DNA of 64,000 nt from Candidatus Parcubacteria bacterium (GTDB taxonomy: Bacteria > Patescibacteriota > Minisyncoccia > Phycocordibacterales > JAACPR01): the NCBI GenBank assembly GCA_041158505.1, contig JBEBBG010000015.1, forward strand, positions 12,642 through 76,641. The letters are read 5' to 3'. This document shows, piece after piece, positions 55,945 to 63,471 of this stretch. Each line of letters starts with the position of its first letter. Within the stretch, counting starts at the first letter, position 1. A program made the position numbers and the translations under genes. The notes beneath the pieces were generated by a model. The model searched no databases, had not been told where the DNA came from, and saw only the letters and a program-made list of their open reading frames with translations.

Positions 55945-56235
55945 ATGAGGTCGTTCTTCATAAGCACCTTCAAAAATTTTTCGTAAGTGTCTTTTGACTA
56001 CTTACCACCCTTGCATGTCCCGGACTTTTCCGGATTTACACGAAGCGTAGGTGTGGTTCCCAGGCAAAAAACACTTAAAACCGCCTGGATTACAATAAAA
56101 AACAAAAACTCCTCTCGTCTCAACGAGGCAAGCTTCTCCCCAAAGCACGCCTCACTAACTCAATCTGGGCGGTTCTTTCTTTAAAAAAGTAAAGGACAAG
56201 CAAAAAACCACGCAATTGCGTGGTTTTTTGCTTGT
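55945..56235 (+). ncRNA. Putative structured small RNA or small-ORF transcript
   Basis: TTTACA-16-TACAAT promoter (55912-39), several hairpins including the 13-bp 56079-91/56162-74 stem, ending in a palindromic terminator. Confidence 0.35.
56196..56235. terminator. Bidirectional terminator, perfect 40-bp palindrome
   Basis: ACAAGCAAAAAACCACGCAA|TTGCGTGGTTTTTTGCTTGT. Confidence 0.85.
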
Positions 56236-56256
56236 AGAACATCTCTCTGTCGTACG

Positions 56257-57717
56257 TTACTCTACGTGATGCTTCTTACGTAGCTGCTTTACTTCCTTTT
56301 CATCTTCGAGAGAAAGCTTTTCTTTCCCTTGTTTTCCAAGTCTTTCAAGATCTTCAAATGGTAGCTGGTTTAGCTCTAGTGCCCGTTTTTCAAGGTACTT
56401 CTCTGTATTTCGCTCTGGTTCTTCAAGGATTTCATCAAAAAGCGTGTACAGTATATGTCCAATCTTTGGTCCCTTATCAACTCCCATGTTCATAAGATCT
56501 GTCCCGTCGATTTTTAACATGGTCACAGAAAGCGGTGCCCGAAGCGCTTCTTCAATCATAGATTGATACTTTCTGAAGCGGTATGGCTCTTCTTTTGGTC
56601 GTCCCGTACCAATTCGGTCGCATTTCCTAAGGTTTACAAGGTCCCAGATATTATCTTCTCCCACTTTTGCAATGATGCGCCGGACAGCAGAAAGTGTGAT
56701 TTGCTCAGGATCAGCAAAAAACATGTGCCAACGCACAAGCGTGGTTACTTTTTGAATGGTTTCACGTGAAAAACGTAGATTTTCCAGAGTTTCACGTGTA
56801 ACTCGCGCACCCACCACTTCGTGGCCAAAGAAAGTTGCCTTTTTCCCTACCATTCTCTTTGTGTGAGGTTTTGCAACGTCATGAAACAGTACAGCAAGGC
56901 GTAGCTCTAAATCGTACCCCTTATCGGCGGCGTGCTGTAAAGCTCGTAGAGAATGTTCAAAAACATCGTATTTGTGAGCCTGTGTTTCTTGTGAAACACC
57001 GACCATACCCTCAAGAGCTTCAGAAACATGACGAAGCAGGCCAAGCCTTTGCATCATTACAAGTCCGAGCATTGGGTTATCAGACATAATAAGCTTTACA
57101 AACTCCTCCCTAATCCTTTCACGTGAAACGTTCCCCAGTAGGTCCCCCATTTCTTCAATCGCCTTTGCGGTATCTGATTCAATAAAGAAACCAAGCTCAG
57201 CGCTAAATCGAACGGCGCGCATAATTCGAAGGGCATCTTCTTCAAAGCGTTCCTGTGGATTTCCTACAGTACGTAGTTTTTTGGCCACCAAATCATCCTG
57301 TCCTTTATAAGGATCAACAATCTGTCCTTTAGAAAGTGCGATGGCATTTACTGTAAAATCACGTCGAGACAGATCGTCCCCTATCTTTTTGCTAAAGGTC
57401 ACCGAGTCCGGATGACGATTATCTGAGTACTTTGATTCAAGCCGGTATGGGGTAACCTCTACAATCTTCATTCGTTCATCATCGCTGCGCGTCTTTACCC
57501 CCACTGTTCCGAAGGTGTTTTCGTAGAAAGAATCAGGAAAAATCTCCTGGATTTCTTCAGGGGTAGCATTTGTTGTGGCGTCCCAATCTTTTGGTTCTCG
57601 GCCCAAAATCAGGTCCCGGACACAGCCTCCTACGAGGTACGCCTCGAAACCAGCGGCCTCAAGCCCCTCAAGCACTTCCCCAACTGGCTTTGGTATGTCA
57701 TACTTGCCTTGCTTCAT
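56257..57717 (-). CDS. cca: Class II tRNA nucleotidyltransferase (CCA-adding) with HD domain
   Basis: YLVGGCVRD, DWD.TT, DL.RRDFT.NA, RF.EDALR.MRA.RF, FHDVAKP, F.GHE..GA. Confidence 0.9.
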   Translation of the reverse strand: MKQGKYDIPKPVGEVLEGLEAAGFEAYLVGGCVRDLILGREPKDWDATTNATPEEIQEIFPDSFYENTFGTVGVKTRSDDERMKIVEVTPYRLESKYSDNRHPDSVTFSKKIGDDLSRRDFTVNAIALSKGQIVDPYKGQDDLVAKKLRTVGNPQERFEEDALRIMRAVRFSAELGFFIESDTAKAIEEMGDLLGNVSRERIREEFVKLIMSDNPMLGLVMMQRLGLLRHVSEALEGMVGVSQETQAHKYDVFEHSLRALQHAADKGYDLELRLAVLFHDVAKPHTKRMVGKKATFFGHEVVGARVTRETLENLRFSRETIQKVTTLVRWHMFFADPEQITLSAVRRIIAKVGEDNIWDLVNLRKCDRIGTGRPKEEPYRFRKYQSMIEEALRAPLSVTMLKIDGTDLMNMGVDKGPKIGHILYTLFDEILEEPERNTEKYLEKRALELNQLPFEDLERLGKQGKEKLSLEDEKEVKQLRKKHHVE

Positions 57718-57777
57718 ACGTACCGCCATTGTAGCAGCATGTAGATATTTTGCGACTTTGGCGTATACTGAGCAAAC

Positions 57778-57852
57778 GCTCTCGTGGTGAAATGGATATC
57801 ACAGCGGTCTTCGGAACCGTCGTTGGGGGTTCGAATCCCTCCGAGAGCACCA
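57778..57852 (+). tRNA. tRNA-Arg(UCG), CCA encoded
   Basis: GCTCTCG/CGAGAGC-A-CCA, anticodon arm GCGGT-CT-TCG-GA-ACCGT, T arm GGGGG-TTCGAAT-CCCTC. Confidence 0.95.
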
Positions 57853-57855
57853 AGT

Positions 57856-58110
57856 ATGGCAAAGAAAAAGTTCGTTTGTACCAATATCGTTTGCAAGAAT
57901 CCAAATCTTAACCTTATTCTAAGCCTTATTGCTGTTGTTTGGTTGTGGCGAGGTATTTGGGGGCTTACTGACGCAGTCGTTTTTGCTTCTACCCCGTTTG
58001 ATCTCGAGCACTTACTCGGGTATGGCGTCCCAATCCTCATTGGTATTGCGTACCTATACTTCAACGATTACTCAATTTCAGAGCTCACCCACGGGACTCC
58101 AAACGATTAA
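57856..58110 (+). CDS. Small two-TM membrane protein
   Basis: 84 aa; AVVWLWRGIWGLTD motif; hairpin terminator follows. Confidence 0.7.
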   Translation: MAKKKFVCTNIVCKNPNLNLILSLIAVVWLWRGIWGLTDAVVFASTPFDLEHLLGYGVPILIGIAYLYFNDYSISELTHGTPND

Positions 58111-58111
58111 A

Positions 58112-58134
58112 AAATCCCCCTTGTAGGGGGATTT
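58112..58134 (+). terminator. Hairpin downstream of the small membrane ORF
   Basis: AAATCCCCCT-TGT-AGGGGGATTT. Confidence 0.6.
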
Positions 58135-58190
58135 GGGCGTTGTCCTGATTGCGTATTTAAAGAAAAGCTATATAATTCCTCAGACCACAC

Positions 58191-58261
58191 GCGGGTATAG
58201 TTTAGTGGTAGAACGAGTCCTTGCCAAGGATTAGATGGGAGTTCGATTCTCCCTATCCGCA
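58191..58261 (+). tRNA. tRNA-Gly(GCC); CCA not encoded
   Basis: GCGGGTA/TATCCGC, anticodon arm AGTCC-TT-GCC-AA-GGATT, T arm GGGAG-TTCGATT-CTCCC. Confidence 0.95.
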
Positions 58262-58384
58262 CCGATACATTATTGTAGTGCCTTAACCATCAGTCGAGCT
58301 GCGTAGCAAACAAGTCCTTAAAGAAAAAGACATAGCACGTATTGGTCAGCAAGGTTGCTGTAAGGCAAATCGAAAATGTCCTAG

Positions 58385-58448
58385 TAATCCCCATATTTTT
58401 CAATAAAATTGTGGAAAACTGTGGATAACTCTGGGGATATGTGTATAA
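58385..58448. promoter_or_regulatory. Second DnaA-box cluster, distal to oriC
   Basis: Co-oriented TGTGGAAAA 58410, TGTGGATAA 58420, TGGGGATAT 58432, TGTGTATAA 58440; opposing weak TAATCCCCA 58385. Confidence 0.8.
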
Positions 58449-58650
58449 AAGACAGCATTTTTAGACAGTTTTCAAGGCCACTTTTCCTTTAAAAATGGCT
58501 TTGTTGAGCTCTATTTTACTTTTTTAAGACATTGTTTTACAAAATAGCCTTATTTTAGTATATGTTTCACGTGAAACACTACTTGTTTTCATAAAATAAG
58601 CACTTTTTCTTTAATAAAGTTTCATGTGTAACGGTATATGATCGTTTCAC

Positions 58651-59040
58651 TTGAAAACAAGAAAGGATATTGGGAATTACGGAGAACAAGAAGCTGTTGA
58701 TTTTTTAGAGAAAAGGGGCTTTAAAGTGCTAAAAAGAAACTACAGACTCTTCTTTGGAGAAATCGACATTATAGCTGAGCGGGCTGGGGTTATTCACTTT
58801 GTGGAGGTAAAAACCGTTTCACAAGAAACATTTTCACGCGGAATCAAGCCCGAAGATCATGTTACACGTGAAAAGATAAGCAGAATTATGAAGGTTGCAG
58901 AGTTTTTTCTGGCAAACAGTAATCTTTTTAACAGAAAAACCCAGATTGACGTGGTCTCGATTGTTAAACCTCAAGATGTGTTACACATGAAACCGGTTAT
59001 ATATCTGTTTGAGCACGTTACTCGAGACCGTCTATCCTAG
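58651..59040 (+). CDS. yraN: YraN-family (UPF0102) nuclease
   Basis: G..GE..A..FL...G..VL.RNY...GEIDIIA......FVEVKT; TTG start inside a parS-like site. Confidence 0.9.
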   Translation: MKTRKDIGNYGEQEAVDFLEKRGFKVLKRNYRLFFGEIDIIAERAGVIHFVEVKTVSQETFSRGIKPEDHVTREKISRIMKVAEFFLANSNLFNRKTQIDVVSIVKPQDVLHMKPVIYLFEHVTRDRLS

Positions 59041-59173
59041 ACGATGGGGAATTCTAGTGCTACTATGACGCTACACCACAAGGTTATATATAGTCATTTT
59101 TCTCTATATACGTGCTGTGTCGGTGTACCCATATTCACCCGTGTGCCGTTTACACGGGGTGTAAAGAATGAAA

Positions 59174-59246
59174 CGGGGCGTGGTGTAACGGCTAACATGC
59201 TCGGTTTGGGACCGAGTGACTCCGGGTTCGAATCCCGGCGCCCCGA
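59174..59246 (+). tRNA. tRNA-Pro(UGG); CCA not encoded
   Basis: CGGGGCG/CGCCCCG, anticodon arm CTCGG-TT-TGG-GA-CCGAG, T arm CCGGG-TTCGAAT-CCCGG. Confidence 0.95.
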
Positions 59247-59253
59247 CTACAAT

Positions 59254-60126
59254 ATGAAACTGGTAACGCATGAAGGAAGCTTCCATCTTGACGACCTCTT
59301 TGCTGTTGCGACTATTACGCTCCTCTATCCAGATATTGAGATTGTACGGACAAGAGACGCAAGCAAGTTTGGGGACGCTGATTTTGTTGTAGATGTTGGG
59401 GATATTTGTGATCCTGCGACAAACCGATTTGATCATCACCAGCATGGTGGGGCAGGAGTTCGTGAGAACGGTGTGCCATACGCGAGTTTTGGTCTGGTCT
59501 GGAAAAAGTACGGCAAAATGGTGTCTGGGGAAGAGCGAATCGCTGATTTGGTAGATAAAAAGATGGTGCAGCCGATTGATGCAGCTGATAACGGCTTCAA
59601 TATGTACCGGGAAACAAAACCTGGCCTTTCACCTTACTTGCTCGACAACGCATTCAAGGCGCTGACGCCAACGTGGCGAGATCCAGAGACGGTTGATGAT
59701 ACGTTTGCCAATTTGCTTCCACTGGCACAAGAGATTTTGCGTCGAGAGATTAAGAAGGCCCAGTATTTCTTTGAGGACACGGAAATTGTGAAGGAGGCGT
59801 ACCGTGTTGCTGAGGATAAGCGAATTATTGTCCTTGAGCATCCAATGGCGTGGAAATCGGTGATTTCGAGGAAGCGTGAGCCAGTATATGTGATTCATCC
59901 AAATCAGATGACTGGGGAGTGGATTGTGGCATGTGTACGAAAGTCTCCACAGTCACACGAAAACCGAAAGCTGCTACCAAAGGCGTGGGCAGGGAAGCGT
60001 GGTAAGGAGTTAGAGCAAGCAACTGGTGTGCAGGGCGCTGAAGCTTGCCACAATAAGCGCTTCATTGCGACAGCCTGGACACGTGAGGCCGCGATTAAGC
60101 TGGCACAGTTGGCGCTGCAGGCGTAA
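59254..60126 (+). CDS. MYG1 (UPF0160) family DHH-fold exonuclease
   Basis: VTHEGSFHLDD, VRTRD, VVDVG..D....RFDHHQ, YASFGLVWK.YG, IDA.DNG, LP.AWAG, CH...F. Confidence 0.92.
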   Translation: MKLVTHEGSFHLDDLFAVATITLLYPDIEIVRTRDASKFGDADFVVDVGDICDPATNRFDHHQHGGAGVRENGVPYASFGLVWKKYGKMVSGEERIADLVDKKMVQPIDAADNGFNMYRETKPGLSPYLLDNAFKALTPTWRDPETVDDTFANLLPLAQEILRREIKKAQYFFEDTEIVKEAYRVAEDKRIIVLEHPMAWKSVISRKREPVYVIHPNQMTGEWIVACVRKSPQSHENRKLLPKAWAGKRGKELEQATGVQGAEACHNKRFIATAWTREAAIKLAQLALQA

Positions 60127-60251
60127 AAACTGCAACACCTGCGTTGGGGGGGTATTTCTTCTGGGTGCTAGTGTGGTTTGACTTTTTTATTTTTTGTTGT
60201 ATTCTTGCAACCAAACAGAAAGGGCCGTTACAACAAAACGGCTTTCGGAAC

Positions 60252-61268
60252 ATGACACAAACAAAAAAAGATCCCCGAAAGGTTCGGTGGACTTTGGTAC
60301 ATCCGAGCTTTCACTTCGATGAAGCTTTGGCGGTGTACATTCTCACTCTTTTTGGGAAGGTGCTTTTCCCGGGTATCGAAGAGGCGAGAATTGTCTTCAA
60401 GCTGCGCGATATCGAGGGAATCACCCCCGAGCAGATGAGGTGGAGTGCGGATCGCTTGCTTAACGAGCTTGGTGTGCTTTGCGTCGGCTGTCTTGGTGAG
60501 CGTGGTGCCCTCTTTGATGAGCACGGTGAAAAGCGTGCTGACGGCAAAGCTGCCTGCATGCTTGTCGCCGAGTATCTCGGAGTTGCCAAGCAACACGAAA
60601 TTCGGGATTTGCTCTGCTTTGTTGATCAGTTTGACCGGCAAGGTCATGCTCGCGAGCGTGCTGTGCTCAGAAAGGTCGACCGGTATTCTGTCGGCTTGAC
60701 GGAGTATGATATCCGCGCGCTGCTGCGCAATCAACATCGCAACGGCAGAGACGACGTGTATCTGATGCAGTGGATGCAGAGTGTGATTGATGCCTTTGTT
60801 GAGCGAACGCGCCGATTGATCAAATTGCACGGACTTGTCAAAGGGTGCAACAAAAAGCGCTCGGTCACTGGCGATGGCACGGAGATTCAAGTCTGGCTCA
60901 TTGAGACGGATGAGCACGATGCCCCCACGGTTGCACAGCAACATGGTGCGGGGGTTGTTATCGTCCGGCGCCCGACTGGTCACGCTGTTGTGGTCAACAA
61001 GAGCAAGCGAGCAGATATGTGTGCGGTTGCTCGAGAACTTCGTCAACGTGAAGCAGATGCACAAGGGTGGAGTGTTGTTGAGGGTGATACTCTCGATGGA
61101 GAACACTCTGCTTCGGTTCCCAATTGGGATTTTAACCCAACGATGGGGCACATCTTCAATACTGACGAGCAGAAGGTGTACGACGTGGTGCCGACGGCAC
61201 TCTCCGACGAAGAACTGCTGGACATGGTTGCTGGTCACCTTCGAATTCTCGAGAAGACCAGCCTTTGA
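60252..61268 (+). CDS. Divergent MYG1/DHH-like protein, paralog A
   Basis: HPSFHFDE, FG...FPGI, FDEHG; own TTGACT-16-TATTCT promoter (60178-60205). Confidence 0.7.
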   Translation: MTQTKKDPRKVRWTLVHPSFHFDEALAVYILTLFGKVLFPGIEEARIVFKLRDIEGITPEQMRWSADRLLNELGVLCVGCLGERGALFDEHGEKRADGKAACMLVAEYLGVAKQHEIRDLLCFVDQFDRQGHARERAVLRKVDRYSVGLTEYDIRALLRNQHRNGRDDVYLMQWMQSVIDAFVERTRRLIKLHGLVKGCNKKRSVTGDGTEIQVWLIETDEHDAPTVAQQHGAGVVIVRRPTGHAVVVNKSKRADMCAVARELRQREADAQGWSVVEGDTLDGEHSASVPNWDFNPTMGHIFNTDEQKVYDVVPTALSDEELLDMVAGHLRILEKTSL

Positions 61269-61339
61269 GGTTTTGGTTTTTGCCGAAACCGTTTTCTTTT
61301 AAGGTTTAGATGGGGTTTTTATGGGTCTAGTTAGGTAAG

Positions 61340-61368
61340 TTGATTTTTATATAATTATGTGTTATAAT
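61340..61368 (+). promoter_or_regulatory. Strong sigma70-type promoter for 61429-62373
   Basis: TTGATT-17-TATAAT with TG extension; AGGAGGT Shine-Dalgarno before the ATG. Confidence 0.65.
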
Positions 61369-61428
61369 AAAAAAAGAGGGTAAGCAAGACGCGAGCCCGA
61401 ACCTAGTCTCAATCAGGAGGTACTAAAA

Positions 61429-62373
61429 ATGAGCAAGCGCTCTTTGAAATCGCAAAGGGGTCGCCAAAATGGCGGCCAAAACAATCAACCAAACCGAACC
61501 ACCAACACGGAGACTCTCGTCCCCTTCAAGGGAATTGAGGTCTACGTCGAGGCGCGAGGCCGTTCAATCGGCTTCGAGCAGACGGGAGAAAAGAGAAAGC
61601 TTCAGTACGGAGTCCTTCCGGACTTTGGCCACGAGCAAATCAAGCTTGTCGCCCGAATCGACCCCGAATGCGCCGCCCTCAAGGCGGGACGACTGGTCGT
61701 CTTCAACCGCCGCCAGGACCAACGTCTTGATGTGCACATGTCCAGTGCCAACAAGAGCGGACAGATTGTGCACCGCCAAGCGGTGCGTATCTCTCGCTCG
61801 AATGGTGGAACGAAGGTGTCGGTGGACCACACCACCAACAACATCTACGTTGCCTTCCTCAGCTCGGCTGGGGTCTGGATCAAAGCAGTCACGCTGGTTC
61901 GGCAGTCTGGCACGTTCTACGTGCTGATGCAGGACCAGTACACCGTCGAATCGTTCTTGAACGATGACGGCAACGTCACCCTTCCTGGCTTTTTCAGGAT
62001 TCACGGTGGGCTGCCCGACTTCGCTCGGTTGCCTGTTGTCCGCGACTTCTTCGGGGGTCTCGCCGCAGAAGAAAGAGCTACCCTTGAGCATGAGAGGAAG
62101 TATGTCCCCACAGACTACCACTTCTCCGACCTTGGGGAGAACGAACTCTACGTCAAGTTGTGGACCTTACGCCGTAACAACGGCGTTGGAATCCTCAAAG
62201 ATGGAACCCAGGTGCGGCTCTTCTGGGCAGACATTCGGGGTGAAGGTCCGCATGCATTGCGGACGGGACAGCGAGTGCGTTTCGAGCGGCTGGACAGGAT
62301 CTCGGATGAAGCCCGTGCCGCTGCGGGAACGCAGCTGTATTACGATGCTCGTGGCCTCACGGTCATCGAGTAA
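61429..62373 (+). CDS. Hypothetical protein with a C-terminal cold-shock-like OB domain
   Basis: VKLW...NNGVGIL.DG..V.LFW.DI.GEG..ALRTGQRVRFE mirrors the CSD pattern VKWF...KGFGFI....DVFVH...I...G...L..GQ.V.F. Confidence 0.7.
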   Translation: MSKRSLKSQRGRQNGGQNNQPNRTTNTETLVPFKGIEVYVEARGRSIGFEQTGEKRKLQYGVLPDFGHEQIKLVARIDPECAALKAGRLVVFNRRQDQRLDVHMSSANKSGQIVHRQAVRISRSNGGTKVSVDHTTNNIYVAFLSSAGVWIKAVTLVRQSGTFYVLMQDQYTVESFLNDDGNVTLPGFFRIHGGLPDFARLPVVRDFFGGLAAEERATLEHERKYVPTDYHFSDLGENELYVKLWTLRRNNGVGILKDGTQVRLFWADIRGEGPHALRTGQRVRFERLDRISDEARAAAGTQLYYDARGLTVIE

Positions 62374-62402
62374 ACCGGTTGATTGCCAAAACCTTGCGAA
62401 TT

Positions 62403-62441
62403 CCGCCCCCGAGTTTCGGCTCGTGGGGCGGTGTTTCTTTT
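62403..62441 (+). terminator. Terminator after the CSD-like gene
   Basis: CCGCCCC..GAG-TTTCGG-CTC..GGGGCGG followed by TGTTTCTTTT. Confidence 0.65.
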
Positions 62442-62477
62442 TAGGAGGAGAAAAAAAGTTGCGATACAATATTGGGT

Positions 62478-63446
62478 ATGCCAATCACCTCAATTCTCCT
62501 ACCAACACGTCCACAAGTAGATACGCTCGTTGGACTTTTTTTGCTTAAACAGTTTGGTGAGGCGCAGTATCCAGGTATTAAAGATGCGACTGTAATTTTT
62601 AACCAGCAGGACTTAGAATCAAAAGATTGGGTAGCACATGAAACAGAAGGACGTTTGCTTGTTGATATGGGAGGCGGACCACTCGATCACCACGTGCAGG
62701 GTGAGCAGGTTTGTTTGTCGCAAATCGTCGCGAAGCTTTTAGGGCAAGAGAAAAACAAAGCAATTACTAAGCTTGTAGAGCTTGCGCGTCGAGATGATGT
62801 AGATGGGCAAGGAACGCTTTCAGAAGATGCAATTGATCGAGCATTTGGTATGAGTGGTCTCGTCGTTTCCCTTAATCGTGTGTACCATGATCAGCCAAAC
62901 AAGGTGTACGAGTTAGTGACGCCACTGATTGAAGCTCATTACAAAGAACAGGTAAAACGCACAGAAGAACTGCCTAAACTTTTTAATACATTGCTTGCAT
63001 CTGGTGCCGCTCAAAAAGCAACTGCAACACATCGAGGCAAAAAAGTTCAGATTGCGTTGTACTCATCTGATGAACCAAGCCTTGCGAGTTACTTACGCTC
63101 ATTTGCGGGTGGGAATTTTGATGTTCTGATTCAATGTAAAGAAAGTGGACACGTAAACATTCTGACGCACACAAATAGGCGTCCAGATTTGCGCTCGCTT
63201 GCAGTTATAATTCGAAAAGCAGAGCTCATGCTTTCAGGAGGGGGAGACGGCATTAGTGCAGAACAGCTTGCCGCACCTGGGCGACTTGATACGGTGCCGC
63301 AGTGGTACTTTGATCTAGCCACCAATTCACTTCAAAATGGTGGTGTTACGCCTGGAAAAATTCCGAAAACCGCTATTCCTAAAGAAAAATTACTTAATTT
63401 AGTGAAAATTGGACTCGAGGAAAGTATGTGGAAGCCCGTTTCGTAG
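62478..63446 (+). CDS. Divergent DHH-like protein, paralog B
   Basis: PQVD, FG...YPGI, VDMGGGPLDHH; colinear with 60252-61268. Confidence 0.7.
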   Translation: MPITSILLPTRPQVDTLVGLFLLKQFGEAQYPGIKDATVIFNQQDLESKDWVAHETEGRLLVDMGGGPLDHHVQGEQVCLSQIVAKLLGQEKNKAITKLVELARRDDVDGQGTLSEDAIDRAFGMSGLVVSLNRVYHDQPNKVYELVTPLIEAHYKEQVKRTEELPKLFNTLLASGAAQKATATHRGKKVQIALYSSDEPSLASYLRSFAGGNFDVLIQCKESGHVNILTHTNRRPDLRSLAVIIRKAELMLSGGGDGISAEQLAAPGRLDTVPQWYFDLATNSLQNGGVTPGKIPKTAIPKEKLLNLVKIGLEESMWKPVS

Positions 63447-63471
63447 TATTTCTTTTTGCTATACTTACCCT

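Larger units (their letters stand above)
56758..58994. repeat. Cluster of about 11 parS-like 16-bp palindromes (ParB-loading centromere region)
   Basis: Perfect TGTTTCACGTGAAACA at 58563; variants at 56758, 56788, 56983, 57115, 58618, 58643, 58815, 58830, 58860, 58979. Confidence 0.85.

Noticed and set aside
55945-55986. Phe-rich 13-aa ORF as a pheL/pheM-type attenuator leader
   Set aside because: No Phe-related gene lies downstream on this strand, and four Phe codons are expected in T-rich sequence. Kept only as an alternative within the finding.
56015-56035. Minus-strand GGAAAAGTCCGGG resembling the RNase P RNA GAGGAAAGUCC motif; the region was also considered as tmRNA
   Set aside because: No matching 3' P4 strand, no tRNA-like ends or T-loop, and no tag ending in Ala-Ala.
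58262-58380. Short stems after tRNA-Gly (GCCTTA/TAAGGC, CAGCAA/TTGCTG) as an ncRNA
   Set aside because: The stems are short enough to occur by chance and no family motif was recognised.
58385-58650. Distal DnaA-box cluster as the true oriC
   Set aside because: By eye the codon strand bias switches between dnaA and dnaN, where the tandem-box, trio-like and AT-rich module is found. Not formally computed.
60228-61238. 336-aa minus-strand ORF, and other long antisense ORFs such as 44295-45347, 10343-11026 and 55199-55837
   Set aside because: Shadow frames opposite genes with recognisable motifs or expression signals. They have no motifs of their own.
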